The notes under the pieces were generated by a model. The model did not search any database. It was not told where the DNA came from and worked only from the letters and a program-made list of their open reading frames with translations. The translations under genes and the position numbers were made by a program. A stretch of DNA of 41,478 bases from Saprolegnia diclina VS20 (taxonomy: Eukaryota). The stretch lies in NCBI RefSeq assembly GCF_000281045.1, contig NW_008246188.1, positions 37,082 to 78,559 of the forward strand, given 5' to 3'. Below are positions 19,960-31,207 of this stretch, piece by piece (the first letter of the stretch is position 1; every line of letters begins with the position of its first letter).

Positions 19960-22248
19960 ATGGCCTTGGACGCTGCGACGCTGGCGACGGCCAGTTGGTT
20001 CGTCGAGGACGCCTTCAGTGGCGTCGCGCGGCCGCATCCAGTCCAAGGCGCCGTTGCGCGCCGCCTGTACACGCTCTACGCCGAGCTGCACTACGTCCGA
20101 GGCCTCGCGCTGCTCCTCCTTGTCAGCATCTCGTTTGTTGAAGTGCCGGCGTGGTGCGGCGCCTCGTGCGGCGACCCGGACGACGACGCGACGCCAGTGA
20201 CCTTTGGCCTCCCAATGCTACCTCGCACCCAAAGCGTTTTGCTCGAAGCGGCGTGCCTCCTACTGCTGCTCGCCAACTCGATGCTGCGGTACCTGTACCT
20301 GCGCGAGAGCTTCTTCGCCGGCCGCCGCGACAGGTCCGTGCTCAGTATCGTAGAGTTCTTGCCTAGGATTACTGCAATGTAGCGTGGCAGTGCTGCTCTT
20401 GCTGCTTGTGGCTGCACTCACTCTCGTGGCGAGCGAAACGTTGCCGATGCTTCGGCCGCTCCAAGTCTATCTGCGCGGCGCGATCGCTGCGACCAAGAAC
20501 CGCAGTCTGCGGCGCACGGCGCGCAAGATCTACGCTGTTTTGAACGAGGTGCAGCACGCGCTGGTCCTCATTTTCGTGTACGTGGCGTTTTGCAGCTGGG
20601 TCGCGACAGTGCTCTTTCACCATACAACCGAAGGTACTGTCCCGGTCTTCAGCCCAAGCGAATCAAAGCAAGGCTTGACAACATCTCGCTAGGCACCCTG
20701 TACCTTGGCAACATCTACGAAGCGAGCTGGAACCTCTTTGTCTTGCTCACAACCGCCAACTTTCCCGATGTCTTCATGCCCGCGTATTCGACGCAGCGCA
20801 GCTCGGTCCTCTTCTTCGTCTTCTTTCTCTGCTTTGGACTCTTCTTCCTCCTCAACGTCGTCCTTGCGGTGACGTACACAGCGTTCACGCGACAGCTCGC
20901 AGCCTTCAAGAGAAAGCGCCGACGAGTCCAAGTATCCAAGCTGCAGGTCGCGTTTCAACTGCTCTGCCATGTCGACGGCCAGCGCGCGCCGACGAACTAC
21001 TCGAGCACAGAGCTGTGGGCCCACCGGCACGACGACTGGACGCCGCCGATCGGCGCGGCGATTCCCAAAGCCACGTGCCTCCGCCTCTTCGAGACGCTCA
21101 ACCATTACAAGAACATCCCGTACCTCAAACACGACAAGATGAAGACCCTCTTTGCCACCCTCGATATCGCACAAGACGACCAGCTGAGCTGGCCCGAGTT
21201 TGCACGACTCTGCAGTGTCTTTCACACAGCACTGGCGACGCGCACGTTGCCCCCACCCGAACTACAACGCTACTGTCCGCGCCTCTACTACAGCGCGCCG
21301 TTCCAAAAGCTCGCGCGCTTGGTGTGCGATGCGCGCTTGGACACGTTCGTCGACACGCTGCTCGTCATCAACGCGGTCGTGATCGTCCTCGAGTCGTTTC
21401 CCGTGCTGAACGGCGATGCCACTGTGCCCATCGAGACGGAATTTTGCTTTTGGGAGCGCGTCGAAGGCGTCTTCTCACTCGTCTACGTCGTCGAAATGAT
21501 CGTCAAGGTGCTCGTCTATGGGCGCGCCACGTACTGGGCGTCCCTCAAGCACCGATTCGACGCTATCCTTACGATTGCCATGGCAACCGTCGACATCTAC
21601 GCGCTCTCGTCCGCTTATGCAGCATCCCGCGCCCTCGTCCAGATCCTCTTGGTCGCGCGCTGCCTTCGTTTATGCCGCCTCATCCTCAACGTCCAGCGGT
21701 GCGTCCGACCTTGCGTATCTTATCAATGTATCAAGTGGCATGAAACCGTAGCTTTCGCGTGGTGTGCCTGACGTGGCTGCGTCTCCTGCCGTTGTGCAAG
21801 CACTTGATGCTCTTCTTGGCTTCGGTCATGTACTTGTTTGCGGCTTTTGGGATGCACCTTTTTGGCGGGCGCATCTCAGTCCAGGTCCTCGAAGCGCAGT
21901 GTCCGACAAGTCCGTTTACGACAAGCGGGTATGGGGCCAACAACTTTAACGACATGGCAAGCGGCGTCGTGCTGTTGTTTGAGTTGCTTGTCGTCAACAA
22001 CTGGTCGGCGCTCGCCGATGGCTTTGTGTGCGTCACATCACAGTACGCGCGCTGGTACTTTGTTGCCTACTACGTGGCGAGCGTCATGGTGCTCTTGAAC
22101 CTCGTGGTTGCGACGACGCTGGTGCGCCTGCTCACCTTAGGAGCAGCTTCACAAAAGTGTCTAGGATGCATTTGCGGGCGAGTACGACGCCGAGCACAAG
22201 GCCAACGCATCGCCACCCGAGGCCAGCGGCGTGCATGACTCTGTGTAG
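19960..22248 (+). CDS. TPC: Two-pore channel (TPC), about 694 aa, 5 exons
   Basis: Exons 19960-20333, 20383-20633, 20693-21698, 21752-22121, 22165-22248 (2085 nt, in frame). Pore 1 LLTTANFPDVFMPAY, EF-hand-like DIAQDDQLSWPEF, S4 ARCLRLCRL, pore 2 NNFND...LLVVNNW. The start could instead be ATG 19933. Confidence 0.88.
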
Positions 22249-22450
22249 CAGCCTCAACATCTCCCACGAGACACTCCAAGACTAAACACTTTATACTATA
22301 CACTCGCCACGGGTGCCAACACCAGAGGTGGAGATTCTCCATGAAATCGTCCGAGGGCGCATGCAAAACGTAGGAGCTCCAAACACCAACCCCTAAAGGG
22401 CTAGGTGTTCGTTCGTGTAACCCCTTTCTTGTGCTGGAACTGACACCACG

Positions 22451-23022
22451 ATGCGGCGCGTCTCTTGTCTGGTGGGGGTCGCCTACCTGCTGCTCTCGAT
22501 GGCGTCTGGTACCTCTCCATTCTCTTTCCATACCTCCAGAACGACCTTTTTTGGGCTGGTTTTTCCCTCGCCGCCCAAACGTACCTCTTGGAGCTCTACC
22601 GTCGACATCTCTGGACGACAGTGCGAGGCTCGATCGACGTCTTGAACACGTCCAGCGCGTGCTTGCAGTCCTACACGCCGTTCCACGAGACTCGAGATGC
22701 AGACGACGTACCCTCGGGCTCTTCTCTCGTTGCACCAAACCTCGGTCCGCGCTGGCATTGCTGCGCTGCGCAACATGCCTCTCTGGGTAGTTTTTCAAAC
22801 CATGACGCAGCCGTGCAATGTCGATTTTAGGCGGCAGTGGGAGCTCGCCCACACTCAGGCGCGCCAAGCGCGGTGCGCTATAGCTGTCATGCAGTCAAAC
22901 GGGCGCTGTACCTGGAGGCGGCGCTTCGCAGCGTCGACTGGGCGCAGTTCACGTCGTCGACGAATAGGGCTGACTGTGAGGGCGTCCGACAACAGGTTCG
23001 AGTCTTCCAGTACGCTTGCTAA
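22451..23022 (+). pseudogene. Frameshifted, truncated 5' part of a large uncharacterised Saprolegniales membrane-protein family gene
   Basis: Consecutive segments in different frames: LVGVAYLLLS / GVWYLSILFPYLQNDLFWAGF..QTYL / YPRALL..AGIAALR..TQPCNVDFRRQWELAHTQARQARC / ALYLEAALRSVDW. At least 3 frameshifts. Family recognised from memory. Confidence 0.6.
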
Positions 23023-23184
23023 TCGCCCTGCAACCAAGTGCCACCAACAACGCGCATCAGCACATGTGGCGTAGCAGGGTCGATGCCCCAGTCGAGTCGC
23101 AGCCATACCACGCTCATCGTGCCATCGACGGCGCAAGAGATACGCTTTACGCTTGTCGGTTAATGAGTAAACATAGTGAACAGG

Positions 23185-23457
23185 TGTGGCAGTAGATGCC
23201 TCATACAGTGGTTGAGCATTGGATATTCATATCCACACAGCTCTCGAACCACTAGGTCGAGACAAGGCGATGTGTTTGTATCAATCTATCAGTAGATCGT
23301 CCTACGGGAAGACCGTTGGGATGGGACTGTACAGGAGCCTGTGGCCAGGGCTCCAGCAGTCAGCTAGCTTTAGTTTCCATTTTGCTTCTTAGTACACACG
23401 CCGGTGTTTGGGAGTGCGGCCTCCCTTTGTCTGGCGTTTGAAGGCGGAAACGGTCCA
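23185..23457 (+). repeat. 5' LTR
   Basis: Identical to the 3' LTR over 271 bp except T23219 vs C26186. Ends CGGTCCA versus CGGTCACA in the 3' LTR, so either a 1-nt deletion or a truncation at 23455. Confidence 0.93.
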
Positions 23458-23508
23458 AAGTCGACTTTGGCGACCAAGCAGCGATCAGGTTTCGCTCAAG
23501 AAGAAGAC

Positions 23509-25957
23509 ATGACGGCCTCAGGACAAGCGGCGATGGCGATGAGCGGCGTCGTCGTGCTGTCGCAGCTGGTGCATCCCGAGTTCAAGGGCATCGCCCGCCG
23601 CGACGTGGTCGTGTGGAAGCGGGCGCGTCTCGAATACGAGACCTCGATGCGGCGCGAATGCCAGCGAACGAACCGGAGCTACACATCGACGTGTGTTCCG
23701 ATCCGCGACTCGTTCTCTCCCGTGGGGTATCTCGAGTTCCTGATGAAAAACAAGTGGGGCCTCTGGGACGACTACAACTTGCTGCACGTGCCTGAAAACG
23801 AGCTTTGGGGAGCGATCAACGGGATCATCGACAAGGAGACCAACAAGACGATGCTCACATACGACAAGGTTTTCACCTCGCTCGCCCTCGACCACAACGA
23901 AGAAGACATCGAAGAGCGGGTCAACAGATTTGTTTTCAAGGCCTCTCAAATGATTGAAGAGCATGGCCTCAGCGAGAAGCTCGAGAACGACAAGCTCAAG
24001 GCCAAGATCTTCAAGGCACTTGTCGATCGGCTCCGTCCCCAAGAGCTACAGACGGACGTGAAGCAGCTGATGGATGAGAAGATGGCGGCCAACAAACAGG
24101 CTGGCCTCAAGCACCTCGGGAAGATCATCTTCAAGCGAGCGCTTCTCTACAAGTCGTGGAGCCCCAAGACGAAGCGTCTTCGTGACAAGGAGTCGTCCGG
24201 CGAAGTCGAGAAACCGTCGCACAAGGAGCAGCAAGGTGTGCGCAAGAAGAAGAAGCGCAAGTTGAAGCAGAAGGACAACAAGCCGCCAGTGCAACAAGAA
24301 CGCAAGAACGATGGCACGGAACGACCGTGCTGGCACTGCGGCAGCAAGAAGCACAAATTGCGGGACTGCCCGAGTTCAAACGCCAAGCAGAAGGCGATTG
24401 CTGTCAAGAAGAACTGGAAGGGCGGTCGTCGTGGCGGAGGCGGCGACGGCAGCAAACAAGGCGGCAACGAAGGCAACGGGGGCGGTGACAAGAAGAAGAC
24501 CAAGTTGAGTAGCCTCCGAGCCTCTGGTCTCGACCAGCTCCTTTCGGGCAACGAAGGCCACATGGTTTTGACGCTCAACAGCGTTCTTGACGTTCCTTGC
24601 GTGCCGGACAGTGGTTGCGGTCTGAACATCATTCCCGCCAAGATGGTCGAGCAGCTCAAGCAGAAGATGCCCAACCTTGAAGTCATCAATTTGGACCAAC
24701 CTCAGCTTGGGGTGGATGTGGGCAAGACGGCGTTGCAGCTGGACAAGAAGGTTCAATTGCATCTGCAGCTCCACACGGCTGCCGGTCCCGTCAACGTGCC
24801 TGGTTTGCAGACGTGCTATGTTGTCGATCAAGGTGACGAGTTTCTGGTGTCGAACGACGTGCTTGTGATCAAAGACGACTTGACGCACTACTGCGAGCTC
24901 GTGGCGTGTGACATGGCGGACGCGGCCTCGGTCGTGGACGCTTTGATGCAGTGGGCTGCGCGGTTTGACATGCCCCTCGTGTGGGTGTCGGACCAAGGCA
25001 GTCACTTCAAGAACCAAGTGGTTGCAATGCTGGCCCAAGTCTACAAGGTCGACCACCATTTCATTTTGACCTACACGCCATGGCGCAACGGTACCGTCGA
25101 GCGCTTGAACCGCGATATTCTCCAAGTTTTGCGGGTCATGCATGCTGAACCTTGAGCAGTGGGAGTATCTCCTACCGCTGGTTCAAGCCAACCTCAACCA
25201 GACGCCAGTCGAGTCGCTTGGTGGTGTGTGCCCAACACAAGCTTTCACGGGGCACGTGCCAGCTACCAACTTGGACATTGTGGTCCGCGACTTTGATGGT
25301 GAGCTCGTCCGTCAGGCAGACTGGACAAAGCCAGACGTCGTCAGCACGATGGCTGCTGCTCATGCAAGTTTGGTTGACGTCCACAAGAAGATCGACGACC
25401 TGCGTCAACAACGCCTAGCGCGGGAGACCGCGGCGAAGACGCACCAAGAAGAGTTTGTCGCCCACGTTGGTGACTACGTACTCTGGTCGCGCGTGGACAA
25501 GATAAAGTATCCGAAGCTGCTCGTCACATGGCTCGGCCCGTTCCAGATCACGGAAGTGTCGACGTACTCGTGCGTCATCCGTCATATCATCTCGGGTCAA
25601 GAGCGCCATGCACATACGAGTCGCCTCAAGCCGTACTAGTACGCCGAAGGCAGCTTTGAGCTCACGCAAGAGATCCGCGAGCACGTGTCCGAGCAGGGCG
25701 TGCTTTTGAAGATCCGTGAGATCAAGGCAGTACGGCTCAACCAGAGTGCCCGGCGGTGGGAGATCCTCTGCCTATGGGAAGGCCTGGAAGACATCGAAGC
25801 ATCGTGGGAGCTGTTCACGTCGATCGCGACGGATGCCCCTGCGGTTGCTCGACAGTTTGCGGAGCAAGTCGCAGACCCCCGAGCACGGGATGGTCTGGCT
25901 GATGAGCTCAAGCAACTAGAAGAACGGTCTGCAGCGTCGACACGACGACGGTCGTGA
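23509..25957 (+). pseudogene. Disrupted gag-pol: Gag (zinc knuckle), aspartic protease, integrase core, chromodomain
   Basis: CWHCGSKKHKLRDC knuckle; PDSG protease; VIKDDLTHY...SDQGSHF...NGTVERLN (DDE); frameshift near 25145; in-frame TAG at 25637; chromodomain WEILCLWEGLEDIEASWE. Confidence 0.9.
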
Positions 25958-26151
25958 CGTGCGGACTACCAAGAGAAGCTACCTAGTACGTGATCCCGGC
26001 GATCCTCCGGGCCGTGCAACGGTAACTCTTGAAGATCTTGGACCAGATCAAGAACAGAATCTGACGGCGATTCTCCGGGGTCTGTTTTTGCGGTCTTTGA
26101 TTCCTTGGGATTTGGGCTAAGCTGTCCTATAAATCCTTTGGGAGAGGGGTG

Positions 26152-26425
26152 TGTGGCAGTAGATGCCTCATACAGTGGTTGAGCACTGGATATTCATATC
26201 CACACAGCTCTCGAACCACTAGGTCGAGACAAGGCGATGTGTTTGTATCAATCTATCAGTAGATCGTCCTACGGGAAGACCGTTGGGATGGGACTGTACA
26301 GGAGCCTGTGGCCAGGGCTCCAGCAGTCAGCTAGCTTTAGTTTCCATTTTGCTTCTTAGTACACACGCCGGTGTTTGGGAGTGCGGCCTCCCTTTGTCTG
26401 GCGTTTGAAGGCGGAAACGGTCACA
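26152..26425 (+). repeat. 3' LTR (274 bp)
   Basis: TGTGGC...GTCACA, preceded by the polypurine tract and followed by TSD ACAGG. Confidence 0.95.
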
Positions 26426-26544
26426 ACAGGTTACAAAACTAAAGTCCCGTTGCTTCAGTTCAATGATCTTAATGTCAAGGATAACTATGACCTTGGGAGT
26501 GTACACAGTCGGGGATAAATAGCGCCAAAAACGCGACAAAAATG

Positions 26545-28287
26545 CTACAAATTCTCTAGACGACGCGGTTCGACGTCGTGTGTTCTTGAATCGTCAAGCG
26601 CCGCTTCGTCGACGTACTCGGCCACGATGCGCGTGACAATCACATTGCCGTGAACGTTGAGCGCTGTCGAGATGCGGTCAATGAGAAAGTCCATGGCGAC
26701 GACGAGCGCAAACGACGGCGGCACCGACGCATGCGGCAGCACAGTCTTCCACACCGTCAGCAGCATGACAAGACCCGCGTTTGGAACGGGGGCGGTGCCC
26801 ATGGCACCGAGCAAGCTCATGCAGAAGAGCACAATGAGCTGCGACGACGAGAGGTCCACCGGGCCACTGGAGCCCGTCGCGGCCAAGAAGACGGTCATGA
26901 GCGGGTAGTAGAGCCCCGCAGCGTTCATATTGACGGTCGTACCGAGGGCCATGACGAGCGACGCGAGCGAATTGGGCGTCGATCGCGTCGCTTGGAGGTC
27001 GGCGAGTGCGATCGGTAGCGTCGCCATCGACGAGGCGCAGCCAAACGCAAACGTATACGACGGGAGCAGATGCTGCATGAACGCAAAGGGGTTGACCCAC
27101 GTCAAGACAAAGAGGAGGAGGGGCAGCACGAGCAGTGCGTGGATAGCCACGCCGGACGCATACGCCGCCAAGACCAAAAGCACTTGGTTGAGCGTCGCTG
27201 TGTTGGCGTCGAGGCTTGCGATCGCACCGCCGATCAAAAACACAATTGCAAGCGGCGTGAGCCGAAGCAGTGCGTGCACCAAGACCAAAAACGCATTTCG
27301 CGTTTGGCGAAACAGTTGCAAGAGGGGGTTGGGGGGCGGGGTGCCCCCCCGCGAGCGATCGTGGTGGCTGCGCACGATTGCGACGCCGAGTGGCAATGCG
27401 AACATGATGATGCTCAGCAGCGTGCCCTCGGCGAAAGCGTGGAAGATATTGTCGGTCACGAGGAGCTCCACCATCCGCAGCAGCTGCGTCGTCATGCTTG
27501 TCACGTCGTTCGTGTTGAGAAAGCCACGGGACAGCATGGCATCGTTCACGTCGGCGACTTCAAACGTCGACGGTGCCGACGACGTGCAGCTTACAGATCC
27601 ATTCACCGCCATCTCGAGATACAAACCATTGTGGCACTTGAACGCGAGCGCCGGCGACATGGGCGCGGACGCCGCTGGCGCGACACCGACAAAGAGAGGC
27701 TGAAAGAGAAGCGCGACGCCGAGACCGAGCGCCGTCGAGAGACCGCTCGAGAGGGCAAACAAACCGAGTGTCCGCAGCCCGAGCACGGATGCCTTGCCCT
27801 TGTCAACGGCGTCGGCAATCGCCACTGTGATGCCCGTAAAGACCATGGGCACGACAAGGCAGCGCAGTGCACGCACAAACAAATCACCGGGCAGAGCGAC
27901 CCAGATCGAGAGGTGAGTCTTGAGAAGTGGCACGCGCGAAACGAGAAAGCCAAGGCCGACACCGAGGATCGCACCGAGTAGAATCGCCCGACCGCTCACA
28001 ACGAGCTTGGTGGCGTCCGACTCTTGGATGCTAAAGTTTATGGTGCGGGGGCGGGGCGGTGGTGACGGTTCGGCTTGGAGCATGGGTGGGATCGAAGCAG
28101 CGTCTTGTACGAGCTCATACTCGGTGCGCGAGTCGGACGTGTAATCCGTGCGTGCAAGGCTCGTTGCAACCGGGCGACGGCACGAGGCGGAGTCGGCGAA
28201 CGAAGCGCCTCGCCGCATCGAGCGCGCGGCTTGGGCGTGGGCCAAGTCGACGGCCGAGAACAGCACCACGCCCGACGAGCCGAGCAT
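26545..28287 (-). CDS. Dicarboxylate/amino acid:cation symporter (DAACS/SLC1), intronless, up to 580 aa
   Basis: LPGDLFVRALRCLVVPMVF, ASSMATLP, LGTTVNMN, GTAPVPNAG, DFLIDRISTALNVHGN. INR-FPR TCACTTTTCAATTGTC at 28303-28318(-) supports the 28287 start. Confidence 0.9.
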   Translation of the reverse strand: MLGSSGVVLFSAVDLAHAQAARSMRRGASFADSASCRRPVATSLARTDYTSDSRTEYELVQDAASIPPMLQAEPSPPPRPRTINFSIQESDATKLVVSGRAILLGAILGVGLGFLVSRVPLLKTHLSIWVALPGDLFVRALRCLVVPMVFTGITVAIADAVDKGKASVLGLRTLGLFALSSGLSTALGLGVALLFQPLFVGVAPAASAPMSPALAFKCHNGLYLEMAVNGSVSCTSSAPSTFEVADVNDAMLSRGFLNTNDVTSMTTQLLRMVELLVTDNIFHAFAEGTLLSIIMFALPLGVAIVRSHHDRSRGGTPPPNPLLQLFRQTRNAFLVLVHALLRLTPLAIVFLIGGAIASLDANTATLNQVLLVLAAYASGVAIHALLVLPLLLFVLTWVNPFAFMQHLLPSYTFAFGCASSMATLPIALADLQATRSTPNSLASLVMALGTTVNMNAAGLYYPLMTVFLAATGSSGPVDLSSSQLIVLFCMSLLGAMGTAPVPNAGLVMLLTVWKTVLPHASVPPSFALVVAMDFLIDRISTALNVHGNVIVTRIVAEYVDEAALDDSRTHDVEPRRLENL

Positions 28288-28899
28288 GATGCAATGAATA
28301 TAGACAATTGAAAAGTGAGTCTAGGTCGTCAGAAGGGTACGTGAGTAGCATGGGTGGCGCGCAGTCCAGTCGAGCGACTTGATCTATCGTTCGCGAGTAA
28401 ACGTGGTGCAATCGCAGGTAGCTACGATAGGAAGGAGAGAGTGGACAGGTCATCGAGAACGTAGGTGCTTGGATCCAACTGCGGGCGGAGATCGACCACC
28501 CATTTGTGCAACATGTGGTGTGCTGTAAGCCGTTGCTTGAAGCCCGAAGCACTAGGCTAACGGCAAGGATACCACACTGACCCGACGCGTTTGAAATATT
28601 GTCTGCGCCTGTCCAGCGTCCTGGGCGCATACAGGCGACAACGGCGCTGACCTTGCTGCAAATCAACAGTCGTGTCCGCCCCCGCGAGACCACAAACGAC
28701 ATCGTCCGATCGCGGTACCGACGACTGCATTATCCAAGGACGGGACTTAAATTGCGTGAAACCATGTGGTCTCAACTCGGTTTGTGGCGCCGTCCTCGTC
28801 ACTGACAACCAAGGGAATAACCTATTCCCTGGCTGAAAAAACGTAGTGAATTGCGAGTTCGTACCTCTTTGAAAATCACACGACCAAGGCGACCACTGG

Positions 28900-29240
28900 C
28901 TCGACGATGGATGGCGCAGCTGCGGAAGCTGGTCCACGATGCAAACGTCAACAAAGCCATGTCAACACGGCAAGCGCACGCGGACTCTCTGGCTACTTGT
29001 TATCGGGCCAGCACGATAAGACGACTAAGATTTACAAAGCCGCTTGAACAGCCTCGCCTTTTCGGATGCAAAGCAGCAACGACAACGCGTCGATCACAGA
29101 TATCACAAGCTACGTTCGGACGTATCCATTGCGCAAGAGACGGACGGCCAACGTGGCAATGCGGAATCGCCTTGGAGCATCCCCTTGGGCCTGAAGGTAT
29201 GCCGATGGACCGTATCTTGCGATGCGTTTGGGTGTGCGTT
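28900..29240 (+). mobile_element. Possible degenerate Gypsy integrase relic
   Basis: Ordered fragments QLRKLVHDANV (cf. DRLSKMVHL), RLRFTK (cf. DPRFTS), KLR..SIAQETDGQ (cf. KL..STAYHPETDGQ) and ALEHPL, spread across frames. Confidence 0.3.
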
Positions 29241-30553
29241 AGGCAGACGTGGGTGTCGTCTGGTCGAAGACTCTAGCGCTAGCGGCCATTCGCGCCAAGG
29301 AAACACTTTGCCATTCGAACAAGAACATCAAAGCGAGAAGAGTGCCGAGTGGGCAATGCAAGCCGATCCTTGAAGCTTGCCGTAGCGCTGGGTGCGAAAT
29401 GGTCTAGCGGATCTCTGCTGACAACTACAGTGTACCGCACGTAGCGTACGTAGCCAACAACTGCTGCAAAAGACCAACAAACAACACCTGCTGTGCGACT
29501 CTCTTGAGGAAACCAGCGCTGGACGAAAGGCAGTCGCGTAAATCAATCGCTGCTTTTCCCTCCTACGCTCTGCTTGCTGGCGCAGTGGGAGCATGTGTCG
29601 CCGTGGATGCGCCGCTTTGAGCTGCCGCGTTGTTGACGTCTCCGGCGGTCGCCGCGCCAACGGAAGCGACTCCGCATTCAATCTTGCTTGCAGGTTGCTC
29701 TTGTGTCTCTGAACGCAATCGAGCTGGCAACAAGGCGACTGACTACAAACACTACGCAGGCGTAGAGGCGGGTGCATGGAGACATTACCCGTCGTCCAAT
29801 GACGTGCCCACGAAAAGCCAAAAGTGCCAGTGACGTTAGTGAATAGGACTATTTGGTTCCTGTTTCTCGTGTCGAACGTCTAATATCTGATAGCACAAGA
29901 CGCCTTGACTTGTCTTCGGTTGTTGGCCTTGGATAGCACCAACATGGAGAGCAAGCTTGGTAGTCCAGCAATGGCTTTGCAGTCCCGTACTGTGGTGTGC
30001 GTGAGCTACAACTGGCGCCAACTCCACTGTGACTGTCCGCATATCGTAACTACTACGAGCGATAGCATAGCACGCGTCTGCGCTGTGCATAAGTCCCTGT
30101 GGTCTGGTTTGATTCGACGCGAGATATCTGGCGAATGCAACGGCCGTCACCGGTTGCCGGCTTCCTTTATGATCATAATCCATTCTCCGACCATAAGTTA
30201 GTCGTCCATCCGTGCCCTCTGGCCGATCTCATGCGCTTGCGTCTGATACAGTCTTTGGCTTGACCGCAACAACATTGTGTTCCGCACGCACCTTCCTGCA
30301 GCTTGCGATCAAGGCAGCTACCACTACGCGATTGCATGTTCGGCACTTGGCTCGTCGCGCCGTGGTGCAATCGCTTGCCGAGTCGCTCAATGCTCTCCGC
30401 ATGAACTCTTCGACCAAGCGCCCTCGGCTTGACGCACCGACCTCTCTCATTAGCGCATTAGGAAGCCCGCCATTTTCATGATTACATTTGGCATGTGAAT
30501 AACTCACATCAACAATAACACGTCTGCGTCGTTTGGTTTATATTTTTTGTCGC

Positions 30554-31207
30554 TTAAATATCAAGGATGTACGTCATCATCTAACCAAAATGATACGAGT
30601 TAGTCGAAGCTATTTCTTGTTGAGAAGGAGGAAGAAACGCGCCGTACCTGGGAGAGCAGAAAGCAGCACACAAACATAAATACAACCGACCAGCTCAGCG
30701 CGCACGACTCGGGCGTCTCGTCCTCGTCGTCGAGGCCCGCGGGCCCAAAGACCGCGTCCCACGGAAACGAAAGCGCCTGGAAGAAGACGACGCTGCCCCA
30801 GCTCACGCTGACGTCCGGCGTCGGCGACCGGCGGCCACTGCTTGTGCTGCGCACGACCGGTTTCGGGGCTGCGAGACGCGCGACGCGGCGCTCTTCGTGG
30901 TCGGCTTCGCGCGCCTCGACGAGCACGCGACCCATTGCATTGGAAGAAAAGAACGCTCGCACGGCCTGCTGAATCAGCGAGTTCTTGGGCTGGAGCGCAA
31001 CGTTGGCGAGGACCAGCGACTGGCGGCAGATGGGGCAGGGGCTGCCCACAAGCTCGAGCAAGCACTCGCTACACAGTAAAGTAAGACGCACAGCGTCGCG
31101 GACGCCGCGTACCGGTCAAAGCTGTGGCCGCAGTAGAGCGAGACGGGCGACGCGAAGGGCTCAAGACACACGGCGCACGTCACGTCCTCGGAGGCGAGAG
31201 CCATCAT
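30554..31207 (-). CDS. RING-HC (C3HC4) E3 ligase with C-terminal transmembrane anchor, about 180 aa
   Basis: Exons 31207-31113, 31068-30648, 30580-30554 (543 nt). CAVC...CGHSFDREC...CPIC (one expected Cys appears as Asp); hydrophobic tail WSVVFMFVCCFLL. The last intron has a CTAAC branch site; if unspliced the ORF stops at 30600. Confidence 0.8.

Larger units (their letters stand above)
23185..26425 (+). mobile_element. Non-autonomous Ty3/Gypsy chromodomain LTR retrotransposon (3241 bp), RT/RNase H deleted
   Basis: Paired LTRs, TG...CA termini, 5-bp TSD ACAGG (23180-23184 and 26426-26430), polypurine tract GGGAGAGGGG (26140-26149), gag-protease-integrase-chromodomain coding order. Confidence 0.96.

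Noticed and set aside
22388..22400. CCCTAAA telomere-like unit
   Set aside because: Single copy, expected by chance.
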